A stretch of DNA of 62,681 bases, the filler included, from Craspedostauros australis (taxonomy: Eukaryota), in NCBI GenBank assembly GCA_030167865.1. It is 6 parts of 6 records of this genome, joined end to end, with 100 filler letters (N's around TTAATTAATTAA, not from the genome) between each part and the next. Parts side by side here need not be neighbours in the genome. Positions count along the whole stretch, not along the records: positions 7,361 to 38,894 come from JALAGF010003701.1; 5 more parts are not named here. The stretch is one strand, 5' to 3'. Numbering within the stretch: position 1 is the first letter of the stretch; each line of letters begins with the position of its first letter. This document shows, piece after piece, positions 10,178 through 22,186 of the stretch. A program made the translations under genes and the position numbers. Below the pieces are notes generated by a model. The model saw only the letters and a program-made list of their open reading frames with translations, made no database searches and had not been told where the DNA came from.

Positions 10178-12306
10178 GTTGATGGGATCAATCCTTGATC
10201 TCTTGCGCTGTTGCGTTGCTGTTCGTGGTGGCGGTGATGATGATGGTGATGGTGGCCCGGTTGCTGGTCAGTGTTGGCGAATTATGAGCACAGTGCTTGG
10301 ATTTGGAATGGGCATCAAATAGGCCAGCCGATGAATGAGAGGGAAAATGAAGACGTAAATCCGCTCAACGCTCTGGTGCTATGATCGAACACTCTTTGGC
10401 GCGAGAGCGGGAACAACCTGAATTGCGATTGTGCGCTTTTGGGCTGTTGGGCTGTTGAGTGCGTGAATAGCCCATGGGTGAATTGGGATGACAAGTGACG
10501 CCCCTGTTGTTTCTCCACCAACGCTTTCTGTGTTCGTTGCCAGCATCGTGATCTTCGCTTCGTTTGCGATTGATCGATCTGTCTCCACTCTGTGCAATTT
10601 GTGAACAGCCGCATTCTCATGGTGGCACGGACTGTGGCTTCGCATCCGGAAAGAACTATTCCACTATGACCGAGTTTATGACGGAGAACGAAACTCAGCG
10701 GAACATGACGAGATTTCTTGCTGGCGCGTGTCAAACCGGACATCAAGTTCAAGTGACGACGCAAATCTCAGACGGAGAACGAATGCCACGAGCATCCTTG
10801 GAATTTAACGCGTTGCAACCGGTTTCGAATTTCAGAGACGACATGTCTGATGTCAATGCTCACCCCAGACTGCTCTGATCGATAGCGAGGTCTTGTCATC
10901 ACACACACTATGCGGAAGCTGGGCAAGATGCCACCCTTCTTTCCCCTCTGGCTCGTGATCATGTGGCCCTACGCACATCGATGAGTCCAAATCATCAGTG
11001 CGAAAGGCACGTTCTGGGTTTCTTCATGTATTATACGTTTCTTCATGTGCGTTTCTCCATGTGCATATCTTTATGTGCCCAATAGGACCTGCGAACAATG
11101 CAACGTGCGCCACCATGAGTTGGATCGCATCACAAGGAAGAAGGCACAAGTGACCTTGGCATGTGCATTCTTTCTCTACCCTTGGACAGGCACCATCGGA
11201 GTTGGCACAAAAGTAACAACGAAGCAGAGGAAATGGCACAGAGGGAAGATCACGTTTGGAACGCTCCCGCTCATACCGATTCACCAGAACATAGGGTATC
11301 TATCATCCTCCCCTGTTTGAATTCATCGACTTATAGGGATTCGTGATAGAGGCTGTGGTCTTGACACGATCTTGTTCTTGCTTCTCGGCCTTTTGACGAA
11401 GATGGACGCGAGGAATACCAGGCGCAAGCCGTGGCCTTGCGATGATATTTCGGAGTACCGTGACATGGCAGAAGAAGATGCTTCGAGATCGGCTCCGGTA
11501 TCAGACATGCGGCTTCACTGCTGCGCCATCTCTATTGGTTGTCGTGTCTCATTCTCTTCGTCGCCACCGCAAGGTTCCTTCCTCTGGATGTGTATCACCA
11601 CGGACCAGTTCCTCGACTCCATAACTCTACGTGTGATTCACAACTACTCCATTCGGAGAGATGCAGCCGATCAAATCAAGAACGGTTGCACCACACACCC
11701 GCTGACGCACCACGCTTCCTCCTGCGATCATCTCAATCTTCATGATTCACACGGATGCGCTCACTGGTTGGTTTGATGAGTTCGCCATGTTCCGAGAGTC
11801 CAAACACCTGTGCATGTCGTTTCGCGGGAACATGAGAACCGTTCAATCACTAGTTTCGTTCGTGTGACTTCACACTTTGTCGTGACATGTCATCTTGTGC
11901 ACAGCAAGGCGTTTCTGAATTCGATTGGAAGGCTGCGGCAATAATTGTCAATTTGTAATAATGCAACAATAGTGGGATATGATTCAAACGTGTGCAATCG
12001 ACAACAAAGAAGCGTGTTTAGGTACAGTACAGGCGTAGTGTTGGGTATAATAGTCAAACCAACGATGATTGACTCTATGTAGTCTACTGCATATTGGATT
12101 GATGATCAAGTCAACCAACTCGCATTGCATCAAATGTCAATGAATTGAATTGAATGATATACTGGTACAGAATTCCATTCTAGTTTGACTTGAAACGAAG
12201 CTTGGAGTCATTCATCACACCTTCTTCCTCTTGGTCTGGTTGAAATCCACCTCCATGCCGCCACCCTCCACTCTTCATTTGCGACCCTTGAAGTCCTGAT
12301 TCCAAG

Positions 12307-13420
12307 TCATCCTCTGCAGGTAGTGTGTGCCACGGTTGTTCCAGTATGGCCGTCGCACTCCTTCCCAACCTTAGTGTCTGGAACCTGTGTCTGACAAGTG
12401 GGGTACTCCGTCTCCGACCCGATCTTTTCAAACCGCAGCTTGACCCCATTGCATGCGATCCCCTGAAAGAAAAAGTTGCCAGGCGCCAAACCATTGAAGA
12501 AGGAGTAGGTCCCACGCGACTTCGCCCGCAGCTGAGGCACGCAGTCCATGTGAAAGTCTTCCATATCGCACGCGTGCTCGCCGTAGGTATCAATAACTAT
12601 GGCATCGAAAGTGACGTTCTTTGCGATCAACTGCAGCAGCACCGTCTGTCACGTTCCAAAGCAGAGATGTGCGCTCGGCTTCTTGTCCTAACCATCTTGC
12701 AGCATATTTTGGTAGACATCAGGACACGCCTCCACGATGATGTGCTGCGATGGTGCGTACTCCTGAAAGAAGGCATCAATGATGCCCATGTCGAAGCCGA
12801 TGTTCATGACGCGCTTGCCCGGTTGTTCGTTGGCGACGGTCCGCGCATGAACCTTCTTGATGGGACGCTCCCATTCCATCATGACAGCGTCCGCATCGCT
12901 GTCCAGCAATGCCTGCCTGTTCTCGGTGTAAGTGAGCTTGTGCCAGGAGACGTAATCCGGCTTGGTGGACGGCTCTTGATTCGTCGGGACCCTGACGTGT
13001 CGGCTGGGTGATGTGCTGCTGTGATTCTCTTTGCAGCGCTCCAAGGATGAGCTCGGCCTGCGTGCCCCGTTTCCACGATCATTTTGGCGATATCCCAGTG
13101 CTCCGCATCCGTGGCTTAATTTCCGGCGCACTGGCCACGTCGTTCCACCGCGTTTCATGGCGTTCCCTCATCCAGCAGCCACTGGCACAGCTTGATGTGA
13201 TCGTGTTGCGCCGCCGCCATCAACGGCGATGCCAAGGTGCTCAGAATCTTCTGGCAGGTGCAGAGGATGTGATTCTGAAGCACAAGCCGCTGAATAACGG
13301 CCTCGTTAGCCGACGCGCACGCCTCGAACATCTGCTGCATCTTCTTCAACGTCAGCAGCGGTGCTATCAACTATGGATCATTCTGAGGTTGCGCCAGTGC
13401 AACAGCTGGCGCAGTTGGTG
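12307..13420 (-). pseudogene. RMT2: Rmt2-like arginine N-methyltransferase (ankyrin + GAMT-like domain) pseudogene
   Basis: Ankyrin SPLMAAA..LLDEG, AVMMEWERP, VMNIGF(D)MGIID, HIIVEA, FDAIVIDTYGE and YSFFNGLAP are present. Interrupted by stops at 13155-13157, 12688-12690 and 12649-12651 plus frameshifts. Limits are approximate. Confidence 0.85.
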
Positions 13421-14248
13421 ATGTCCTGCTGGCTGACATCGTGGTGATCGCTGTCTTTCTCTGCCTCCCTGGCTTTGCTGATTGCTTTTACTCTGAAGAG
13501 TGCTGCGTATTTCCTAGTCTGTCGTCCAATGGAATGGTGGATGCTGATGCTAATGGTGCTGTTGGGCGCTGATGCTGGGTGATCTGACGCAGGTGCGGAT
13601 TGTTTTCTGGACGAATTATGTTTCACACGAACGAACGAGTGAATGGTGTGGGCTGAGCACAGATGATGGACGAACATCCAGCATCAAATGGTATCTTCGA
13701 CTTGTACGAGGTTTGGTCTACTCTCTCTGGAGAGGGGGGATGGGAGATAGAGAGACCAGACACGGTACAATTTACAACGCAAAGCCTTCTGCCGCTTGGA
13801 CTGAAGTATCATTTGTGTGGGAGCTATGGCAGGAATACCATAGGTACGTACTCTACCAACAAACGTGCAGTATGAACACAGTCAAGCCACCGGCTTCTGC
13901 GGACGCGATGATCCGTTGCCTGTCGTCAGCAAGTGAAATCATGATGCCCGATGGGCTCGGGGCGCTCGTTGGGAACTGGGAAGGTTGTTGAAGAATACAG
14001 CGGCAATTTCAAACCCCGCTCTCTATCAGCAGAGCTCCAAACAGAGTAACAGAACCGGAGGAGAGTGTTGAACAAATATGTTGGACCTAAGACTATGTAC
14101 TTACTATACTATACTACGATTGCACGTGCCATTGGAGACATTTGCTTCGCACGAGTGGATGGCGGTGCAACGCCTGCGTCTGTGGCGAACTGAAGAACGC
14201 GACGATTCTGTGAATGCCGCATTCGACATCTCTAGCACGAAATACTGC

Positions 14249-17200
14249 CTATTTCTCCGCCGGGTAGTGGCCAATGATGCTGAACACTGGCTTCTCCGCG
14301 AGACCCTCAATGTCATAGATCGCGTTGTGGTGATCGTAGGAGTTCTCTGGATCCACCCATGGGATTAGCTCTTCATCGATGTTGCTCACGTCGCAAAAGA
14401 GGACCGGGAACAGGTCGTTGGGGAGCTTGCCTTGCGGAAGGTACGCGCCCATGTCCGCATCAAACTTCTTGGACTCACAGGTTTTGATGTGACCCTGAGA
14501 TATGTAAGTGTACAGAGATACACACACGCATACACATACACAGGCAGAGAGAGAGAGAGGGAGAGAGAGTGTGGCGTATCGAATATTAGGAAACACGATG
14601 TGATGTTGACAAGATGTAATGCGCGTACGATGCAAGCACCATCACCACAACGGAGCAAAACAGAACTTACCTTGAAGGGACTGACGAACATGCTGCGGAC
14701 AATCTCAAAGGAACGCTTCAAGATGATGCCAATCACAGTGGCTGCAATGACCAGGACGGTGTAGGCGTAAATCCACATGAACTTTTCCTGGCCTCTCGTC
14801 ATCCATGGGTCGATTTGCTTGGACGGCAATGGTGGGAAGGCAGTCGGCTCGTACTGTAGCATATCCTGATTGCAGTGCCGGTAGACCTTGTGGTCTGCGG
14901 TGAGTTCAATGTCGGCGGTGCCGCCACTGCCTCTCTCGGCGGCGAAGGATCCAATGTACGCGTCTGGAATGGGGTCCGTTCCTCCGCAGGCATTGTCGAA
15001 TGGGAAAGAAGCGAAGCCGTACGACGACATTACTGCGTAGAAAATCAATGCAGTACTGAAGAAGTAGATGCGGCTCATGTTGGCGACGTGATTGCCAATG
15101 GCTGGAGCTGGCTTCCAGACGCGGAGGATGCAGTACTTGTCCGTCCAGTACACGATGCCGAGCGTAGCGGATGCGAAGAAGAAACCGGCTGGGAACAGGA
15201 TCGCGTAGTAGAACGTGAGGAAGAGGATGTTGGTGATGTTGGTGTATCGCTCGGAGAGATTGTAGATGGTGCCCTGGAAGTAGGATGACATCAGCGATTG
15301 GCTCTTTGCGCGCGGTGCCAGGATGTGCTTTTGGAAGTTACCGTAGATATCCAGCAGCTGGGTTGCGGGACCGACGAACATCTCGGTGATGAAGATAGAG
15401 TACATGGCGGGGACGAGCGAATCACTCTCGGTCTTCAGCGTTTCGACGAAAGGGGTGATGATGGATGTGAGCATCGCAGTCGTGATCCAAAGGAATGCCG
15501 TGATCTTGTAGTACAACGACGCCTGACGGCTGCCTTCCGATGCATGCGACTCGAAGGAAACAAGGAACATGCAGACGTATGGCGCACATGAGTTGACTCC
15601 CTGTGGATGTCAAAGATGCCAACGTCGGTATCGCCGTTGTTGACGTCCGTGGCGATGCAGAAAGTGCGGGAAGTCGAGGATAGCAGCGCATGTTGCGAAT
15701 ATGAATGTGAGTTCGAGCGGTGCCTGTGACTACACAAGCAGAATTCTGGGACGCCTTTTTCTACCCTGTGACCAGCGCAGTGTGCCTGTCAAGCAAGACA
15801 ATACGCATGCACGCCTTCGTGCACAGTAGCTACGCATTGACTGCCCCGAAAATATGGACTTACCGAAACTGCAAAGGCAGCGATGATGACGCCGTAGCGA
15901 TAGCGAAAGAAGATGACGATGGCGCAACCGATGATGATGCAGATGATGGTGAAGAAGAGGGTGACCAGTCGCTGGAGGGTCTGCGTCGTGACGGTTTCGT
16001 CGAGATCCTGCCAACGCACGCTCGATGGCTCCGGTGGCTCGACGACGTGCAGCACGCAGCCCTCGCGGAAGACGTATTCCGATGGGAGGCTGGAATTGTC
16101 CTTGCGGATCATGTCCCAGCCGGAAACCTGAATCGCTTCCAGGGCCTTCTGCTGGGAGCTTTCCTCCTCGAAGATGACGAAGACGTTGGAGACTTGATAG
16201 TCGCGAAGGGAGAGATCCGTTTGCACCAGCTCGTCGATGGCTTCGATCTGCTTTTTGATCGCCGGTCCGTCCGAGCTTCCCATCAGCTTCATGTACCATG
16301 CCACCGGCAATGCTTCATCGTAGGCCTTCTGCAAATTGTTGCGATCAAAGGTCTCCTCGGTTCCCGGCGGCTGCAGCTGCTCCAGCGCGAGCACGAGGCT
16401 GCGGCGTTGCATGAGCTTCTTGAGCAGCTCTTCGTTGTCCAGAGCGACTGTGACGGATGTGACGCGTCCGAACTTTTCGAAGAAGGTCCTCCATTCTTCG
16501 ATATCCTTGGCATCTCCGGGTGGGTTGGAGACCTCGACGGAGTAGTCGGTGGTTGTCTGCTGGGCGGCGTCGAATTCCGCTTCCTTGGCACGCGTGTACT
16601 TGGCCAGCACGAACATGGCGATGCACACGAAGATCATGGTGGCAAAAGCGCAGATACCGACGCCTTCGTTGACCTGGCAGTTGTTGATCTCCATGAACGT
16701 CAGCTTTTCTCCGTCCGGCGTTTCGAACTCGGCGTAGCGTTCGAAGGTGGCGGGGAAGTAGTCGAGCTCCGCCTTGGTGCAGGTTGGACATGCCTCCCAA
16801 CTGTGGGCGCTGCAAACCGCGCTTGTGCGCAGCACCTCGTAATTCGAGAATTCGTGCTCCGCGTTGTAGGCGTCGCTCCAGAAGAAGATGATGTTGGGGA
16901 TGCTGAACAATCCTGCAATGAACATGATGATGGCGAGCACGCGAAGGGTGAGGAAGTAGACGCCGACTCCCACCCCGAAATCGGCCAGATCCGTTTCCGG
17001 CGTCTTGAGGACGGGGTAGAGCTTGGTCTCCTTTTCGGTCTCACCCGGTTCTGCCCTTGGGAAGCCATCGCGGTCGCTGGTGTCGGTGTCATGGAAGTAG
17101 CGAGGCAGGGTGATGTGCTCGAAGTACGCCCAGGCATCCTCCAACGAGGCGTTGGTTTTGATGTCCTTCGGCATGTACCAGCCGAACTGGGCGAGGTAAA

Positions 17201-17644
17201 GGGCCATGCGACGTGGGAACGTCATCGCCTTCGGCGGATCGCCATACGCAGCAGCCGGGGCTCTGTGTGGGGAGAGCCACACAATTGCATCGAAAGAGAG
17301 AGAGACAGAAAGAGAGAGAGCGAAGTAACGCGATGCGATGCATTGGATGAGTGTCAAGCGAAGACGCAAAGGTCAGGCAACGCGCAAAGTGCAATGTGAA
17401 ATGTAGTATCTTCAGGGGCTCCTGCCTCCTGCCTCCTTCCTCCTCCACCTACGCAGTCGGCAGTCGAAGAGCGCGCTAACCGCCATCCCGCGAAAGGAGC
17501 AATGTACGCGGCGGTTCGCCCAGCATTCGGAAGTGCTGCAAGCGACGCCTGCACGTATCCAAGCTTCTCCACTCTGCTGCACTTGATTGCACTGGCAACT
17601 CACCTGTCGACGACCAGCGGCGCAGTCTCCGATGTCGCCTCCAT
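14249..17644 (-). CDS. Multi-pass membrane protein, OSCA/CSC1/TMEM63(-TMC)-like channel; inferred exons 17644-17604, 17262-15864, 15600-14671, ~14494-14249
   Basis: In-phase GT-AG junctions (VVDR|APAAA, FAVS|GVNS, PFK|GHIK). Motifs DYSVEVSNPP, EPPEPSSVRWQDL, LSERYT and YWTDKYCILR, with many hydrophobic helices. Confidence 0.75.
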
Positions 17645-18399
17645 CGTGAATCCGTTTGAGTGCGATGTGGTCCAGCAACAACAACAACTCGAAGGTGCAG
17701 CAGCGAAAGTCCGTGATGTGCGGAGTGATGAATGGCACTATGACAATCTATGGCGCGAAGATTCGTTTCTCCTTTGCCCTGGTTTGCTCGGCTGGGCTCG
17801 GCTCTACGTACTGTGATGCATGCTGTGTTGGTGTGCACCCTGCCCACCAAAGTGCTCCTCTCCATCCCTCTTTTGCCCTTGACCAACGGAGGACTTTCGC
17901 ACCTTCGCTGATCTTGGTGATGTGGTTTGGCACAGGCACCAGAATCCGAACGCAATCTTCCGAATGATTCAAGACTCAAAAAGATACGGTTCGTGAACCA
18001 AAATGAACCAAACGACGAACCGAAGAGGTACAAACGCTTCGCCCCGAACTGAACAACGAGATCATCGACTATCTCGATTAAACTCATAGCTACGCACGTG
18101 ATTTGTCAAGATCTTACTGCGTCGAAGTACCGTTTGCTCACACAAGTCACAAAATCACCAGAGTGAGATGAATGATGGGACGCCACGCATGGAGCCCCCT
18201 GGGGGATGACGGGGGCCTCTCGTTTGTTTGTGCCTTCCTTCAGAGACAGTACCAACGAGCGCACTAATACGAGCACCAACCACAAACCTTGCATCGACTG
18301 GATTGGTCTCATATTGTATTGTCACATATTGTATAATACAATACAAGCGACTCTTTCTTGCTCGTAGCACTGTCCATCGTAACAACACGCACCCTCACC

Positions 18400-20268
18400 A
18401 TGACGCAGTGCGAACGAGCCATGCAATCGGCGACGACTGTCTCACGCATCGCGCCGATCGCGTTCGCCATGATGACTTCAATGACGTCGGGCGGAGTAAT
18501 CTTCGGCTTCGGTCTCTTCACCAACGACATCAGGCTGCTGCATCATCTGACGCAGGATCAGATCAACACCATCAGCTCGGCGATCTTTTGCGCCGGCCTG
18601 CTCACTTGGATGCCTGGGCTAGTGGTGGATCACTTGGGCATACGATTCGCATTCCTCTTTGGTACATCTCTGTGCCTTGTGGCGTCATGGCGATTCTGGC
18701 TCATGGCGAGGGCGCCGTACGATGCGGATGACAGCAAGTCCGACCTCGTCATCGAGCTGTCCATTCTCGGAATGTTGGTATACCTCGGCGCCATGACGAC
18801 GGTCGGGAGCTCCTTCAAAATCGTCGCCGTGCTCAGCAAACCCAGTCAGGAAGGCACCCTCATCGGAATCGCGAAGGGATACACCGGCATCGGTGCTGGA
18901 GTCTACACCGCCATCTTTGAAGCAGTGAGGCGGCAACGCAACAGCCACGCTCGTGCGGGCGCGTTGACTGCATTGGATCAATCCAACATTGGATTCATCG
19001 TTGTGGCTTCCACCCTTTCCTTCCTCACGACGGTGCCGGCTTTGTGGATCATTCCTTCGCGTCAGGTTCTGGAGGGACCGATGCAGATCGTGGGGACCTT
19101 CACGGCCGCTCGCGTGAATGTCATGTACGCTGGGCTCGTTGTGTTGGCTGTGAGCGTCCTCGTGACGAGCTCGCTGATCACTCAAGACGACAGCAGAAAA
19201 GCCGATGTTGACGAAGCTGGCATCACAATTTTGTCCAACACGAGTGATGGAGTCCTTGACAATTACGGATTCAGCGTGGCAGTCGCTATCTTCTTTCTAT
19301 GGGTCGGACCGGCCTTCGTCGTATCGACCTGCATGGCCGGATCAAAACCAAAAGCAGAAGCGGCATCGCACGAGTACGACGATTGCGCCAGTGGCATGGA
19401 CGACATCGAAGACTCCACCGAAAGCAACATCAAACAGCAGCAGCTATTGTCAGAACATACAGCCCTGCTCAAACATACATCCACAGAAATCACGGATCTA
19501 CAGACAACCGTGCACGATGGCGACAACAACGATGACAACAGCATCATCAGCTCGGACAAGAAGGTAAATTTGAACCTCCTCCAGGCTTTGCAAACTCCGG
19601 AGCTATGGCTCATGTTCCATTGCACTGTCATTGTGGTGGGCAGCGGGACCCTCCTGACCAGCAATGTCAGTGCCATCGTCGAATCTCGCAGGCTGCCCGA
19701 CGATTTGACACCCATCGCCACTTCCGTCTTCAGCGTTGCACAGTCGGCATCGCGTGTCATCGCAGGGTTGTTGACAGAGATGGCGTCTGTCGATAATAAC
19801 AACAGCAGCAGCGACGGTGATCTCGATTGGTTCGGATGGCATTCTCGCCCATCGTTCTTGTCGTTGGCGGCATTCCTTGCAGCAGTGGCACACGGGATCC
19901 TTGCCATTCCCGGTCTGGGCCCCATCGGTTTCATTTTCGGTGTTGCCCTGGCCGGTATCGCGTTCGGCACCGTATGGCCTCTGATGGTGTTGGTCGTTGG
20001 TGACGTGTTCGGCAAAGCCAACCTGGGCACCATCTACCTTTGGTTCGATGGTTGCACCATCGGATTTGGGACGCTGATGTTTACCAAGTTCCTTTCCGAG
20101 TACATCTACGAACGACATCGCGTGCACTCTAACGCAATGGAAAGCTCGTCGTGCATCGGAGATGGATGCTTCCAACTGACGCACATCATCGTCGCTTTGC
20201 TGTGTTTGACAGCCATCGTGTCGCCCTTCGAATTGTCGAGGCGGACGCACAAACGTTTCATCCGCTGA
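18400..20268 (+). CDS. MFS transporter, nodulin-like/MCH1-like (copy 1)
   Basis: About 12 hydrophobic segments with a central hydrophilic loop. GLVVDHLG motif-A-like segment, GIAKGYTGIGA, NLLQALQTPELWL and DVFGKANLG..GDGCF. Confidence 0.88.
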   Translation: MTQCERAMQSATTVSRIAPIAFAMMTSMTSGGVIFGFGLFTNDIRLLHHLTQDQINTISSAIFCAGLLTWMPGLVVDHLGIRFAFLFGTSLCLVASWRFWLMARAPYDADDSKSDLVIELSILGMLVYLGAMTTVGSSFKIVAVLSKPSQEGTLIGIAKGYTGIGAGVYTAIFEAVRRQRNSHARAGALTALDQSNIGFIVVASTLSFLTTVPALWIIPSRQVLEGPMQIVGTFTAARVNVMYAGLVVLAVSVLVTSSLITQDDSRKADVDEAGITILSNTSDGVLDNYGFSVAVAIFFLWVGPAFVVSTCMAGSKPKAEAASHEYDDCASGMDDIEDSTESNIKQQQLLSEHTALLKHTSTEITDLQTTVHDGDNNDDNSIISSDKKVNLNLLQALQTPELWLMFHCTVIVVGSGTLLTSNVSAIVESRRLPDDLTPIATSVFSVAQSASRVIAGLLTEMASVDNNNSSSDGDLDWFGWHSRPSFLSLAAFLAAVAHGILAIPGLGPIGFIFGVALAGIAFGTVWPLMVLVVGDVFGKANLGTIYLWFDGCTIGFGTLMFTKFLSEYIYERHRVHSNAMESSSCIGDGCFQLTHIIVALLCLTAIVSPFELSRRTHKRFIR

Positions 20269-21078
20269 TCGTCACGAAGGGATACGACGACTCGACCACC
20301 AGTTGCGATACTGCAAACGAACACCGCTATTATACGAACATACGAACAGTGAAGGGAGACCGAGTGTGGGTTGGTAAACATGAATGTTGAAGGTTATCCT
20401 TACCGAAGCCAATGATTGTCTCCACGAGTACGAGCTTTGGTATTGCCATCTTTGCGATGGCGATGGCGATGGCGTGCTCTATCTTCCAGTTTTCTAGAGA
20501 GAGATGATTCGTTTTGTTCGTGAATGAAGAGGTCACAAATGGACAAGATTCGTCTCCACGACTGAATTGCATCCACCATGTGATTGAAGTGTCGGAAGTT
20601 CCGTCATGACATCAACACGAGGTGTGACATGAACACGTGTGCGAATGTTCTGTTTGCCGGATGGAAATAAACGTGTTGGTTGAAGTTGACGTGGTATGAC
20701 GCTAAGTGGATGCACGGTCAGACGATCCAAAGTTCTGCACCGTGGTGAAGTTCTGCGAGGGTGTCACGAGAACGACACAACGCAACAAAGAACGAAGACG
20801 AGGAACAAACCAAATCAAACGGAACCGTGAAGGCGAAGATCAAGGAAGACCTCGCATCAATGAAATCAACGAAATCAACGATCAACAAACAACGATGAAC
20901 GATCGACAATCAGCAGCGGAAAGAGAGCGAGGACACAACTCTGAAGAAGAGACACAATTCAAGCACCAAAAGACAACAGACCCTCAACCTCCACACGCTC
21001 CCAATACACACCAACACCAATACACGAAACAAGATGATGAAGAGCAACAGAAGATCGAACGGTGCCACCAAGACCAGC

Positions 21079-21735
21079 ATGACCCGATTTCTGTCAACTT
21101 TCGCCGCTGCGGTGCTGACGTTGACTGATGACTGCCACGCTTTCTCGGTATTGTCCCATGCCTCTACGATATCGCCGTCGCCGTCGTCATCGTCAGCATT
21201 CGCAGCCAGCAGCCGCAATGCCAACTTCAACGCCAATGCGTACGGCAGCATTGCCAACCACCTGCAGGTGGCATCTGTGCCCATCGATCATCTGTCGGCC
21301 TCAACATCGGCTGAAGACATTCTGTCCGGCCGCTTCTACCAACTGGAACAGCTGGAGGAGGACCATTCGATACTCACGGAGGTCTTCCTGAGGGGCGATG
21401 GCACCGTCGAAGTCGGCAGCACCGATGGACCCAAATTCCAGGCCGCCAACGGCATCTGGTACACGCAATCCGGCGATGCGAAGGACAGTTTCGCCATGTC
21501 CATGACGCAGGAATTCCAAGGCGGCATGGAGCACGCCTCAAGGCTTCGGATCGGGACGTTTCCATTCCAAGTGGAGCGCGTCTTCGTTGGAGAACGCACG
21601 ATGGTGGGAGAGAAATTGGCAATCAGCGGCAAGATCTTTTGCGGCGGCGACGAGATGACGGACACGACGTCCCCGATTGGGTACTTCCATTTGATCGATA
21701 CAACAGAAGAGCGTCTTGGCGAAGATCGTGCCTAG
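21079..21735 (+). CDS. Hypothetical protein with probable bipartite plastid-targeting presequence
   Basis: MTRFLSTFAAAVLTLTDDCHA-F resembles a signal peptide with Phe at +1 (ASAF-type), followed by an S/A/R-rich transit-like segment and a globular beta-rich region. Alternative start at 21034. Confidence 0.65.
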   Translation: MTRFLSTFAAAVLTLTDDCHAFSVLSHASTISPSPSSSSAFAASSRNANFNANAYGSIANHLQVASVPIDHLSASTSAEDILSGRFYQLEQLEEDHSILTEVFLRGDGTVEVGSTDGPKFQAANGIWYTQSGDAKDSFAMSMTQEFQGGMEHASRLRIGTFPFQVERVFVGERTMVGEKLAISGKIFCGGDEMTDTTSPIGYFHLIDTTEERLGEDRA

Positions 21736-22186
21736 ACACACACAGACAGAGAAAGATAGCGCGATGCCACGAGCGTGTGATGTGGGATCTTGTCACCATC
21801 CATCCTGAGCAAGAGAAGACGACGACAAAGAAGCGCGCTGCACATATAGAGAGGCTTCACCTTCCATTGTGTTGTAAGTATACTCGTACTACGAGTAGAG
21901 TAGTAAGTACAAGTACACAGCATTCCTGGGGCAGTCAGAACAGAAACAGAAACTAACCGTACACCATTATACACTATCATGTTCGTACTTGCACGGAGGG
22001 GATGGAGCCTTCTACTTGTACTCTCTCTACCAATAGAGAGACGCCATAGTGCAATCGTTTTCTTTGTTCGATACGTACGGACTCCGCGTACCCATGTGCA
22101 TAAGTTCAATGTCTTGTTGAATGGTAAACACCTTGGTGAGTGCTTCTCCAGAGTATGACTGACGCTGCCCATTGCATCACCTTTGA

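Noticed and set aside
10300..12170. Short ORFs in this and other intergenic stretches (28600-29500, 34000-35400, 37400-38400)
   Set aside because: No recognisable motifs or consistent coding bias, so I cannot support a gene. No tRNA or rRNA was recognised anywhere in the window.
12307..13420. Alternative genetic code (TGA/TAG = Trp)
   Set aside because: Intact genes here terminate on TGA and TAG and use TGG for Trp. RMT2 and the monooxygenase copies also carry frameshifts.
14518..14570. CA/GA microsatellites and CAA/CAG/AAT tracts (also ~1740-1765, ~17293-17320, ~36427-36442, ~38370-38402)
   Set aside because: Ordinary simple repeats in introns, UTRs or low-complexity coding sequence. No spacer structure, so not CRISPR-like.
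15720..17399. Long antisense ORFs (also 8339-9283, 2227-3114, 12325-13011, 27299-28249, 50886-52010)
   Set aside because: These are shadow frames opposite well-supported genes, expected from GC3-rich codon usage, and show no family motifs.
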